DNA of 64,000 nucleotides from Macrostomum lignano (Eukaryota): NCBI GenBank assembly GCA_002269645.1, contig NIVC01000019.1, positions 1 to 64,000 of the forward strand, read 5' to 3'. Shown piece by piece: positions 1 to 11,023 of this stretch (position 1 is its first letter; each line of letters starts with the position of its first letter). The notes under the pieces were generated by a model. It saw only the letters and a program-made list of their open reading frames with translations, ran no database searches and was not told where the DNA came from. The position numbers and the translations under genes were made by a program.

Positions 1-1826
1 GCAGACTGACTCTTCAGGCCCATTTTGCTTCTCAGCTGCATTGCCAAATTGGCCGAGCTCATCCTCCAGAACCGCCTTTTCCACTGGCTTGAATCGCGCA
101 ACCTGTTTAACAAAAACCAGGCCGGTTTCCGCAAAGGCCACTCAACGATCGACTAACTGGCCGTATCACCCAGGCCATCTTTGACGCCCTCGAGCAAGGC
201 AAGTCTGAGCGCGCTATCCTGATCCTCCTGGACTTTGCCAAGGCCTAGGACCGAATCTAAGGGGCCGTAGCCCAGCGATAGCGCAGCTGCTCTGGTGTGC
301 CAGCGACCCAGGCTCGATTCCAAGTGCAGTCACATTAATTTGGGGCTGAATTGGAATCTCGGCTTGGCTCTGCTCGTGCAATTAACGGCCTTGAGAGCCA
401 ACCCCCAAGGCGCAGTGAAGTGCACATGCCTAACGATAATATAAAGTTAGGGCCGCTGTACACTCCTGTGTGCTTGTGTGCCTGCGTACGTATCCACGCG
501 CTTGTATGCCTGCTCAGGGGAGTCGGCGGAATGGGTAGTAATGCCTCTCGCCGGTTGTGTGCCTATGTCGCTTAAAGTGCGCCAGGGTGCACACAACCCC
601 CTGCCTCTAATAAAAAAATAAAACGACCGAATCTGGCGACCCGGCTTGTATGATAAAATGGCCAGACTCGGCATCCCGGCCCATGTCATCCGCTTCGTCA
701 AGAACCTCCTCTCTGATCGCCGCGCCAGAGTCCGCTGGGACGGCATCTGCTCCAACTGGAGAGTCTTTACGGACGGCCTCCCTCAAGGATCAGTTCTCGC
801 ACCCCTCCTCTGGCTGATCTACGTTAACGACATCGACGACGGCCTCGACGATAGGGTGCATCGATCTCTCTTCGCGGATGACACGGCAATACTGACCACT
901 GGCCGTAGCCTGCAAGAGTGCACGGATTGCGCCCAGCCGGCCCTCGATGCCATTGTTTGTTGGACTAAACGCTGGAAAGTCCAATTGAGCACTCACAAGT
1001 GCAGCTTCACCACCTTCACTCTCAATCCGCGGAATGTGGCGGCAAAGTGCGCTAAGGGGTTCTGCATCGAAAATGAGCCCCTGCGTTACGAAGCTGAATC
1101 CACCTTCTTGGGCTGGGCCTCAAATTCGATGACCAGTTGACTTTCTCCAGACACGTCGATTTGGTCAAAACTAGGATGGCTAATCGACGCAACTGCTTGC
1201 TGGCCATCGCAGGCAAACACTTCGGAACTGATAGAACTACCCTCCGAACCGCCTACACCGCCTACATACGCTCCATCTTGGACTATGGCTCCTCGATCTA
1301 GTTCACCCACGCGGCCCCACGAACCGCTACAAGCTGGAAGCCGAACAGAACAAATGCGCCCGCATTATCACGGGCTGCCCTTGGAATCACTAACAGGCGG
1401 ACCCTGCTTGCGGAGGCTGGCCTACCTGCCCTATTCCTCAGAGCGCTGGATCAGGCTGCTAGAGAATACACCAGGCTGAACCTCCTCCCGACCGGGGACC
1501 CCGCCCGCCGCCCGTCAAGCCCGCCTCCGCTGCAGGCTCATGAAGCTCTCCTCAAGAGTGAAACCGATCCGAAAGCGGACCCCGTTGACGAAGACGTCCT
1601 GGCTCTTTCTTTCAAACCGTGCTTCCAGAGGATCGGCCAGTGGCTGACCAACCTTGCAGTCGGACAGCTGACTCCACAAGAACTACCGGCACCCCTGCCT
1701 CCGTGGACCCCTTCCCAGAAGAGGTCACCATTGCCACGGACCTACACAAAGCCACGCGGTGCTCAGACCCGGCCGCTGAAAGATGTCAGGCGGCGACTGA
1801 GACAATTGCCCTCCATCGGTCAGAAT
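1..1826 (+). mobile_element. Degraded non-LTR retrotransposon (LINE) ORF2 fragment: reverse transcriptase plus downstream region; truncated at the 3' end
   Basis: RT motifs across frames: LLDFAKA(Y)DRIW (interrupted by the SINE), GLPQGSVLAPLLWLIYVND and SLFADD (ORF 646-1140). After a frameshift it continues as LKFDDQLTF..AYIRSILDYG. In-frame stops and frameshifts are present. Confidence 0.9.
259..624 (+). mobile_element. tRNA-derived SINE inserted into the LINE RT
   Basis: tRNA-like head with A box (TAGCCCAGCG, ~268) and B box (GGCTCGATTCC, 311-321); A-rich tail aataaaaaaataaaa; 10-bp target-site duplication GACCGAATCT at 249-258 and 625-634. Removing it rejoins the RT reading D-R-I-W-R-P-G-L-Y-D-K-M. 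Confidence 0.88.
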
Positions 1827-1855
1827 TTTAGTCACCATGCACATTTTAATTGCAG

Positions 1856-4736
1856 ATTTGGCTAAATTTCCACCCCGCCCCAGCCCGACACTGTCGAAGG
1901 CAACGGTAAGGAGTTGATTTTATTTCATGAGTCATTCACCCGCCGCCGCCGCTTGCAATTCTAATTTCAAGCGCTCCAATTTTTCAGGCTTCATTGCGCG
2001 CCTTGGCGGGGCAAAGGCTCTGCCTAAATTTAAGGCAAAAGACTACAAGTATGCAGTATCGCTCACAGCAGATATGGTTGATATTCGAGCGTTTGAACGT
2101 TTGATGGAATAATTTCTGTGCTCTGCGCGGACCTGCACGCCGATGATTTTGTCGCGGCTAAACTGACTGCTGACAACATGTTGCTGACCGTCAATGTCGA
2201 TTTGGGGGAGAATTTCTCCAATTGCGTCACCCACTCAGACTGTGCCTGCCAAATGGCCGACTTTGTGGCAGTGGGCTCGAGCCCGCTGAATGCATTTTTT
2301 CGCCTGGCTGAGCACAACATTCCGAGGCGGCGCCATAGTTGCGGCTCACAATGCATCTGACTACGATGCTATTTTGCTGCTCGGCGCTCTACTCAACGGC
2401 CTGGCCAAGAAGCGGCCACAAGTGGTGTTTCAAGGCAGCCGGCTAATGTGCGTGACGGTTGACAAGTTGGTTTTTAAAAACTCGCTCAACTTTATGCCAA
2501 TCCTGCTTGCACAATTCCCAAAGCGCTGGGCCTTGCAACAAAGCTGGCCAAGGGGACCTTTCCCCACGAGTTCAACAAGCCGGCCGATTGGAACTACGTG
2601 GGCCCCTACCCGGCTATTGATTACTACGGCGGCAAGGCCAACAAGGAATACGACTCCATCTGTGCATGGTTGGCCTCGCGACAGGGCGAGTTGTTCAACC
2701 TTAATCGGGAATATCTCGATTATTGTTTGAGCGACACAGTCCTGCTTCGCGAGGGCTGTGTAGCTCAAGTACAGGGCGATAATTGCAGACATTTGCGATG
2801 GGCTTGAACCATTTGTTCAGGCTGTCATTCTCGGCCGCAAGGTGAAAGGCTTCGATGAGGCTACAAACATTGTTTTGCAGTTTCATGGCTGCTTCTACCA
2901 TGGCTGCGAGCAGTATATGCCCGACCAGGATGTTGTCCACCCACTAAAGCGGCAGCCTCTGAGCCACATCCGCCACGAGACTGAGCGGTTCACTCGCGAG
3001 TTGGAGCGGCATAATTACAGTGTTCGTGTCATTTGGGAGCATGAATATGACACTGTATTGGCATCGCAGGCTGATTTTATCGCCGCAACTGCCCATCTGC
3101 GTGCACCGCTCAAGATGGAGGATGCGCTCTACGGTGGTCGAGTAGAATGCTTCATCCCGCATGCTATGGCCAGTGATACTGAGGCGCTCAAATATCAGGA
3201 TGTGGTGAGTAGTGATACTACTAATGTAGTAGAATATTTTGCAAAATATGAAATACAGTTTATGAGAAATACTGTTTTATTTCAACTGGCAGGTCTCTCT
3301 GTACCCGACGGTACAATCAAAAGACGCGTACCCGATTGGCCACCCGGTGCACCACCCGACGCCGCAGACACTCGACTCTGACGCGCTGGCCAGCTACTTT
3401 GGCATTGCCGAAGTAACAGTGCTGCCGCCGTCAGATCTGCACATTCCGCTGTTGCCATACAGGGTGCAGAAGAAGCTCATTTTTGGGGTTTGCCGCACCT
3501 GTATGGAGCAGCAGCAGGAGCAGTGCAGCCGCGAGTGCTGCAGCCACTCAGACCAGGAGCGGGCGCTGACGGGTACCTGGGCAACGCCGGAGCTGCGGAA
3601 GGCCTTCTAGTTGGGCTACCGTCTGGAAGCCGGGCACGCGCTAGCCTACTGGACAGAGCAGAGGACCGGCCTGTTCAGCGAGTCAACACCTTTCTCAAGC
3701 TGAAGGCCGAGTCGAGCGGCTCCCCCGGCATGACTGACGATGAGCGGGCTGCCTAAATTGCCGATTTTTACTCCAAGGAAGGCGTCAAGCTGGACGGGGT
3801 CGAGCCCAACCCAGGACTTCGCTTTGTGGCGAAAATCTTTTTGAATTCGAAAGTAATCATAATTCTGCTTGTTAAAATATTTATTTTACTAACAGTAGCA
3901 GCACAAACCCAATATTTTCACAGGCTCTGGGGTAAATTCTGTCAGCGCGATGACCTGAGATTGTGTCCAGCTACGAGGACTGGCTCGCCCGGCTGACCGA
4001 TCCGAAACTCCAGGTCAAGGCCTGCGAGCCGATTGGCAGCGAGTTTATGCTGCTGCTGCTGGAGTACCGGCACCGCTACTTTAATCAGCGGCCGTTCCGC
4101 TACTCCAACGTACCAATCGGGGTCCTTACGACCAAGCAGGCCCGACTGCGCCTGCCTGTACGAGGCCTTGGAGGGTCTCGGCGAACGGGCCATTTATTGC
4201 GACACCGACTCGTAAGTATTGGCTGGATAGATTCTTTTAGAATTGATTACGTATAGACATGTAAATAAGATTTAGTACCTGACTAATTGCCCACCCACAC
4301 ACACAGGGTCGTTTACCGCCATTCCGAGGGCCAATGGGAGCCGGCCCATGGCACGAGCCTCGGAATGTGGACCGACGAGGTGCCTGCAGGCAGCCAAACG
4401 ACCGACTTTGTAAGTGGAGGGCCCAAGCTCTACACTTACATTGTCGAGGATGCGGCCGGTGCCCGGAGCCAGGTCCTGAAATGCAAGGGCATTCACCTGA
4501 CGCCAGAGATTTGGGAGCGCAGTGAGGACCTGCGCAGCGCCCTGCTGCACGGCGGCTCTCTGCAGCTGTCGCAGTTTCAGTTCAGGCGCGACAAGACGTC
4601 TTGTACCATCCATACGATCAATATGGACAAGACGTTTCAGCGCGTGCTGACAGGGACTACTCAAATAGCGCCTACCTCCAGGATGTTCGGTAGGGCCTTT
4701 TTCCATCGCTCTCGCTCAACCGAGTTTCGTAGCTAA
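1856..4736 (+). pseudogene. Protein-primed family B DNA polymerase (Polinton/Maverick-type pPolB); intron-containing and disabled
   Basis: ExoII-like AHNASDYD (2344-2367); KNSLNFMP; KGTFPHEFN; LSDTVLLREGC; DALYGGRVECF; motif A YQDV|VSLYP; motif B KIFLNS|LWGKFCQR; motif C YCDTDS|VVY; GMWTDE; FVSGGPKLY; KCKGI. Introns at 3205-3292, 3849-3923 and 4212-4306, possibly also 1906-1987. Several frameshifts and a stop at 3754-3756. Confidence 0.9.
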
Positions 4737-5146
4737 TCGTTCGGACTCATAAATAACTTGCAGCCAACAACGCTGCACTTTCTTGGCATTGATGCCAAGC
4801 AGAAAAATCGAGCTTGTCCTACTCGTCTGCCAGAAACTTAGCTGCTATAATGCCAGCATCCCCTGCTGGACTGCAGTCGAAATAGCGGTATCACAATTAA
4901 GCTTCAAATAATAGAAAATAACCATAGACAACAAAGTATCGCTCTATACAAATAAGCCAGCCAGCCTCGTCAGCTGCTAACAAACCAGCCTCGTAATAAC
5001 TTCACCATGATTTGCCTAGTTTCCCGTCCCGATGTTTGAGTAGTCCCTGCGTGCTGACTAAACGAGTGTACGGCGGCGGGGTTGTGCGCAGCCGGCCTTA
5101 TGGCTATAAATAATGCTGGCCCTTGTGGTTATAAACTGACTATAAA

Positions 5147-5426
5147 TGGACATCAAAACATTTTGTATTGTGTGCGGTATATTTGTCAGAGTAAAATCTA
5201 TTTGTTGTACATATTTTACATGTCAAATTTACATAAAATATTTTATGAAGAGGAACCAACTATACATCAAAGGTACATAAAACATTTTTGCCTTGTATGC
5301 GGTGAAATTGCCAATGTAAAAAGCAATTGTACATATTTTGCATGTCAGACTTGCTTAAAATCATTTATGAAAAGGAGACTATTGAAAAACAATGTAAAAT
5401 TTTCTGTATATTCTATTGGCTGGTAA
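5147..5426 (+). pseudogene. Two tandem C4 zinc-finger-like modules resembling the first finger of a nuclear-receptor DNA-binding domain
   Basis: MDIKTFCIVCGIFVRVKSICCTYFTCQIYIKYFMKR (from ATG 5147) and KHFCLVCGEIANVKSNCTYFACQTCLKSFMKRR are homologous ~123-bp units in different frames; AT-rich. Confidence 0.4.
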
Positions 5427-6219
5427 TGTTGTGCATAATCTATTTCTTGTAATATGCTACTGATTTTATCAATTTTGTAAATATATATTCCTTTCTCTTT
5501 ACAATGCTGTTTGTACCGAACCATATCATTGAAGCCTTTCATTCTTGAGGGCTGGGGGATGACGCATGCAACGGATTGTACAGCCGGCGAGCGCACCCCA
5601 CCTCTGCAATATACACTGTATACAGGTGTTTCGAGTAGGAAATTTTCGTCTACTCCAAGAGAGAGAGAGAATGTACAGTACATTAACTGGCTGCTGTTGT
5701 ATAGAGGGTTTCAAATACAGCTGGGGACTGTCGTGTAGATTGGGAATTAATGTACATATATAGAAGTAGACACTGTACATATAGAAATTGTCCTAGAAGT
5801 ATATATGGGTTTAATATGCAAGTACAGTATGCAGTGTACATATAGAGGTACATTGGGGAAATTATATTGGTATTAATGTACATGTAGACATAGAAGTAGA
5901 CAATGTACATATAGGATTGGGAATAGACGGGGGTTAATGTACATATGCAAGTACATATAGAAGTATGCTATGTGTACATATATCACGTTTTCATATACTA
6001 CTTACTTCATTTTCAGATAGTAGTATAATTTGCGTTTTTTGCGTCAAATATGCCTGAAAATCGACCACTTTACACGCGTTAAGTAGTTGTGTATGCTAGA
6101 GGCTTCTAGAGGCTTAGTTAACACAAATCATAAATTAAACTTGGAATAGCTTTCTCGAAATTATATTCATGTACTTCACGGCAGCTACATTTGTACCTTC
6201 ACAGGGCGCATGTATGACA

Positions 6220-6530
6220 GCAGCTGTAGCTGAAACTGCAAAGCTGCAGGAAAGTCCAAATACATGGAGTTCTAATTTAAATGCTAGTTTAATGCTGCAT
6301 GGCTTTCGCTTCAAATGAATTCGATATTTCTGTGAGTTTAGGTGACTTTATTAGTATTCAATAGGAGTGAGCTGGCGAAGTTTCCTTGGCTGCTTAAAGC
6401 ACTAAATTTATAAAAGCTGCGTATGGGCTGAGCCTGCCACTCCAGATTCTATCTATGGAACTCCCTGGCCGGCCGCCTCTTGCAGGACACGCAGGTCGCT
6501 AACGAATGCCCAGTTAATGGGCTGTAGAGC
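6220..6530 (-). repeat. Diverged partial copy of the outer end of the 1.6-kb duplicated unit
   Basis: Aligns by eye to ~10670-11023 (catggagttcta..., cctgccactccagattct.tctatggaactccctggccgg, gctgtagagcagtc). Confidence 0.8.
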
Positions 6531-8105
6531 AGTCAACTTTCTACTGCTCTACAAAGTTTACAGTAACTCACTCCCTCACTCACTGTGCATCTCAGCCCAC
6601 CCCAATCTTTTGTGTGTCATTTAGAAATTAAATATAAAAGGACCAATGGCTTGAGTTTGTTTGTGAGTGCGCATCGTTGGCAATGGTCAAAACCTGCCGA
6701 GAGTTTGGGCAAATGTTCTTTGTCTTGAGAACACACAATTCCGCATGAACTCTTCGTGTGAGTCGCCCTAACAGTATATTCTTAGACCGCTATTTGTAAG
6801 AAAAACCGCATGTGCAATTTCCGCAATAAATAGGCATACAGTCTTCTTTCCTGAAAGCAGTTTTTCGAAGATCCAAGGGCGTCTTCGAAAGTCCAACCGA
6901 GAGAGAAAATTTTATTCAATTCTTTGCAAAAATTAAAAACAGTTTTGTCTTTTCGTACGATTGATTCCAATGCTTGATATGCTCTGAGTCATGAAAGCAA
7001 TCCAAGTTGACTCCAAGTTGGCTGACTGCTCTACAGCTTATTAATTGGGCACTCGTTAGCGACCGCGAGCTGCGGAGCTGCGCAGAGGGGGCTGCGGTCG
7101 GGCGTGTCCTGCAAGCGGCAGCCGGCCAGGGAGTTCCATAGAGAGAATCTGGAGTGGCAGGCAGTTTGTTTTTAATTTGCTTTACCCAGCAAAAAATATT
7201 TGCCAATTCGCTCCCATTGAATAGGAATAAAGTTCCCTCAACTCACTCACACAAATATCGAATCGATTCAAGCCAAAGCCATGGAGTACTAAACTAGAAC
7301 TTTATTAGAACTCCATGTTGATATCTTTGAGTATCAGCTTTCCAGTTTCAGCCTCAGCTGCAAGCATTCATGTAAATTCGCCAGGATCTCATTGAGCACT
7401 AGTTAGCTGTCTAACAGTGCATGCCGCCGCAGAAAAAGCTTTTTCTTCCAAGAGTAATTTGGCTTCCCATTTGTTGGCTAATTTGCCCCCACCTGACAGA
7501 GCGTGCATGGTGTCAGTTTTCACGAACCAGATTTCTTCTCTGGTACTCCATGCAGTCGGCATTTACGATCGCAAGAAATTGCTGAGCTGGTCTCACGCGC
7601 TACCAGCATGTCGCGGATATCCCGCTGGAGGACTCCGCACCGCAGCGAAACACCCCCCCCCCCTCAAAGCAGCGACCCTTCTCATAGCAGCTCCCAGCAA
7701 AGCAAATGGCTGTTGCAGTGTCTTCACAATGCACTCGAGAGCTTAGAGAAAACCGAGGTTATTGATCAAGCCAGCTCAGCCCCGTGTTGCTTCGGCATAC
7801 TCAGCAATATGATTATGCAGTGGTGGCCAGTAGAGTCGCCACCATCGATTCAAAGGCGAGCGGCGCCACCCGCCACCCCACGATCTGCGCTCCACCGCAG
7901 CAGCAAAGTGAGTTGAATTCCCTCATGGTTTGCTTGCAGCTGGCTCTGGTGAAACACTGGCGTGAACTGAGCCCTGCAGGGGTAGCTCTCCCTGTCCCTT
8001 ATGTGTATATAATTGTTGTTAATATTTGCAACTCGGCAAATTACTTTCTGCTTAAGCTATACTCCACACTTAGCAAGCCAAAGAAACTCAAACCCAAAAG
8101 CAGTC

Positions 8106-8347
8106 ATGCTGAACTACAAGCAAGTGCAAGCCTTTGTGGCCGCGATGCTCGTCCTGGCTATGACAGGTAAGAGAGACATCGATCAGTAGTTTAGTGAGAA
8201 TTTGGTAACTCATCGATTTGTCACTCATTATGGACTCTGAAAACATTTGCGTCCTTTTCAGCTGCCGCCATCGAGGTGCCGGCCGACGAAGCCGGAGATG
8301 AGGCCGACTACGCTAGGCGCAGATACCGCAGGTGCAGCGTCCTGTAA
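8106..8347 (+). CDS. Two-exon small secreted peptide precursor, copy 1 (48 aa: MLNYKQVQAFVAAMLVLAMTAAAIEVPADEAGDEADYARRRYRRCSVL)
   Basis: TATATAA 8006-8012; ATG 8106; exon 1 8106-8166; 95-bp GTAAGA..TTTTCAG intron 8167-8261; exon 2 8262-8347; AATAAA 8528-8533. Signal-peptide-like N-terminus. Confidence 0.7.
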
Positions 8348-9680
8348 GCCGGAGGCGCCAATCAGCCCAGCGATGTGCAGGCCAGTGAGGCCCGGCTCAC
8401 TGACAGCTCTGACAGATCTTAATCGCTGCGGCAAAGCTTATTCTCGCTTTACTCTCTGGGTTGCAGGGAATGGTGAAGGCGCTGCTTGCTCTGTACATGC
8501 GGATTGTGGCTGCTGGCTTGGTGGGGAAATAAACTGAAGAAGCAGACAATTCAGGCACTCGATGCCTGATTCGGGAGTTCTGCTACCATCTTTTGGCAAA
8601 TTAGTTTGTTATGGGTTGTCAGTTCTATCCTGATCGAGGGTGCAAGCAGGAGGTTGAAACTCTCGGTGGCTTCGTCGGAATTCGGTTGCACCAAATAGGG
8701 CTCCTTAACGTGAAGGCGACCGAAAAAACGCCTGAGTTAAGCACGGGTGAGTGGCGAAGAGTTATCTCCAGGTTCTATTTGCGGTCTCCTTGGCAAAGCA
8801 GGCCCTGTTGATGTGCAGATCAATGTACCAGGTACAGGGTCGCTGCTGTCGAGGGGGGAAGGGGTTGGTGCGTTCCGGTGCAGAGTTCAAAGTGGGGTGG
8901 TTTGTTGCCGGGCGGGTCCGTGGCCGTGGGATATCCGATCCGTGACATGCTGGTAGCGCGTGAGACCAGCTCAGCAATTTCTTGCGATCGTAAATGCCGA
9001 CCGCATGGAGTACCAGAGAAGAAATCTGGTTCGTGAAAACTGACACCATGCAGGCTCTGTCAGGTGGGGGCAAATGAGCCATATGGGAAGCCAAATTACT
9101 CTTGGAAGAAAAAGCTTTTTCTGCGGCGGCATGCACTGTTAGACAGCTAATGAGTGCTCAATGAGATCCTGGCGAATTTACATGAATGCTTGCAGCTGAG
9201 GCTGAAACCTTTAATTAAAGCTGGAACTTCAAAGACTTAAGCATGGAGTTCTATTTGAAAGCTAGTTTAGTACTCCATGGCTTCTGCTTAAAACAGCTCG
9301 TAAATGTGGATGTTCAAAGTGATGTGAATTCTGATAACAATATCCATTGCACTTGCCAAGCTCCCAGATCATTTCGTACTTGCACCCTCGATCAGGATAG
9401 AACTGACAACCTATAACAAATGTATTTTGCCAAAAAAGATGGTAGCAGAACTCCCGAATCAGGCATCGAGTGCCTGAGTTGTCTGCTTCTTCAGTTTATT
9501 TCCCCACCAAGCCAGCAGCCACAATCCGCATGTACAGAGCAAGCAGCGCCTTCACCATTCCCTGCAACCCAGAGAGTAAAGCGAGAATAAGCTTTGCCGC
9601 AGCGATTAAGATCTGTCAGAGCTGTCAGTGAGCCGGGCCTCACTGGCCTGCACATCGCTGGGCTGATTGGCGCCTCCGGC

Positions 9681-9922
9681 TTACAGGACGCTGCACCTGC
9701 GGTATCTGCGCCTAGCGTAGTCGGCCTCATCTCCGGCTTCGTCGGCCGGCACCTCGATGGCGGCAGCTGAAAAGGACGCAAATGTTTTCAGAGTCCATAA
9801 TGAGTGACAAATCGATGAGTTACCAAATTCTCACTAAACTACTGATCGATGTCTCTCTTACCTGTCATAGCCAGGACGAGCATCGCGGCCACAAAGGCTT
9901 GCACTTGCTTGTAGTTCAGCAT
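9681..9922 (-). CDS. Small secreted peptide precursor, copy 2 (same protein as copy 1)
   Basis: Exon 1 9922-9862, intron 9861-9767, exon 2 9766-9681; inverted copy in palindrome arm 2. Confidence 0.7.
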
Positions 9923-11023
9923 GACTGCTTTTGGGTTTGAGTTTCTTTGGCTTGCTAAGTGTGGAGTATAGCTTGAGCAGAAAGTAATTTGCCGAGTTGC
10001 AAATATTTAACAACAATTATATACACATAAGGGACAGGGAGAGCTACCCCTGCAGGGCTCAGTTCACGCCAGTGTTCCACCTGAGCCAGCTGCAAGCAAA
10101 CCATGAGGGAATTCAACTCACTTTGCTGCTGCGGTGGAGCGCAGATCGTGGGGTGGCGGGTGGCGCCGCTCGCCTTTGAATCGATGGTGGCGACTCTACT
10201 GGCCACCACTGCATAATCATATTGCTGAGTATGCCGAAGCAACACGGGGCTGAGCTGGCTTGATCAATAACCTCGGTTTTCTCTAAGCTCTCGAGTGCAT
10301 TGTGAAGACACTGCAACAGCCATTTGCTTTGCTGGGAGCTGCTATGAGAAGGGTCGCTGCTTTGAGGGGGGGGGGTGTTTCGCTGCGGTGCGGAGTCCTC
10401 CAGCGGGATATCCGCGACATGCTGGTAGCGCGTGAGACCAGCTCAGCAATTTCTTGCGATCGTAAATGCCGACTGCATGGAGTACCAGAGAAGAAATCTG
10501 GTTCGTGAAAACTGACACCATGCACGCTCTGTCAGGTGGGGGCAAATTAGCCAACAAATGGGAAGCCAAATTACTCTTGGAAGAAAAAGCTTTTTCTGCG
10601 GCGGCATGCACTGTTAGACAGCTAACGAGTGCTCAATGAGATCCTGGCGAATTTACATGAATGCTTGCAGCTGAGGCTGAAACTGGAAAGCTGATACTCA
10701 AAGATATCAACATGGAGTTCTAATAAAGTTCTAGTTTAGTACTCCATGGCTTTGGCTTGAATCGATTCGATATTTGTGTGAGTGAGTTGAGGGAACTTTA
10801 TTCCTATTCAATGGGAGCGAATTGGCAAATATTTTTTGCTGGGTAAAGCAAATTAAAAACAAACTGCCTGCCACTCCAGATTCTCTCTATGGAACTCCCT
10901 GGCCGGCTGCCGCTTGCAGGACACGCCCGACCGCAGCCCCCTCTGCGCAGCTCCGCAGCTCGCGGTCGCTAACGAGTGCCCAATTAATAAGCTGTAGAGC
11001 AGTCAGCCAACTTGGAGTCAACT

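Larger units (their letters stand above)
7005..11023. repeat. ~4-kb palindrome: arms 7005-8646 and 9379-11023 (about 99% identical by eye), 732-bp spacer
   Basis: Mirror ORFs in the track (8247-8537+ vs 9491-9781-; 7417+ vs 10611-). Arm ends agttgactccaag / cttggagtcaact. The spacer holds a further inverted partial copy (~8940-9300). Confidence 0.95.

Noticed and set aside
7417-7746. C2H2 zinc-finger-like ORF (KAFSSKSNLASHL) in the duplicated unit
   Set aside because: It lacks the Cys pair and second His, its frame differs between copies, and it lies upstream of the peptide-gene TATA box.
8247-8537. 96-aa Cys-containing ORF repeated three times
   Set aside because: It starts at TTG inside the intron and is an alternative frame of peptide exon 2 plus 3' UTR. 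The phase does not match exon 1.
9440-9452. tRNA-iMet PBS-like TGGTAGCAGA within the duplicated unit
   Set aside because: There is no adjacent LTR end and the match is broken in copy 3; likely chance.
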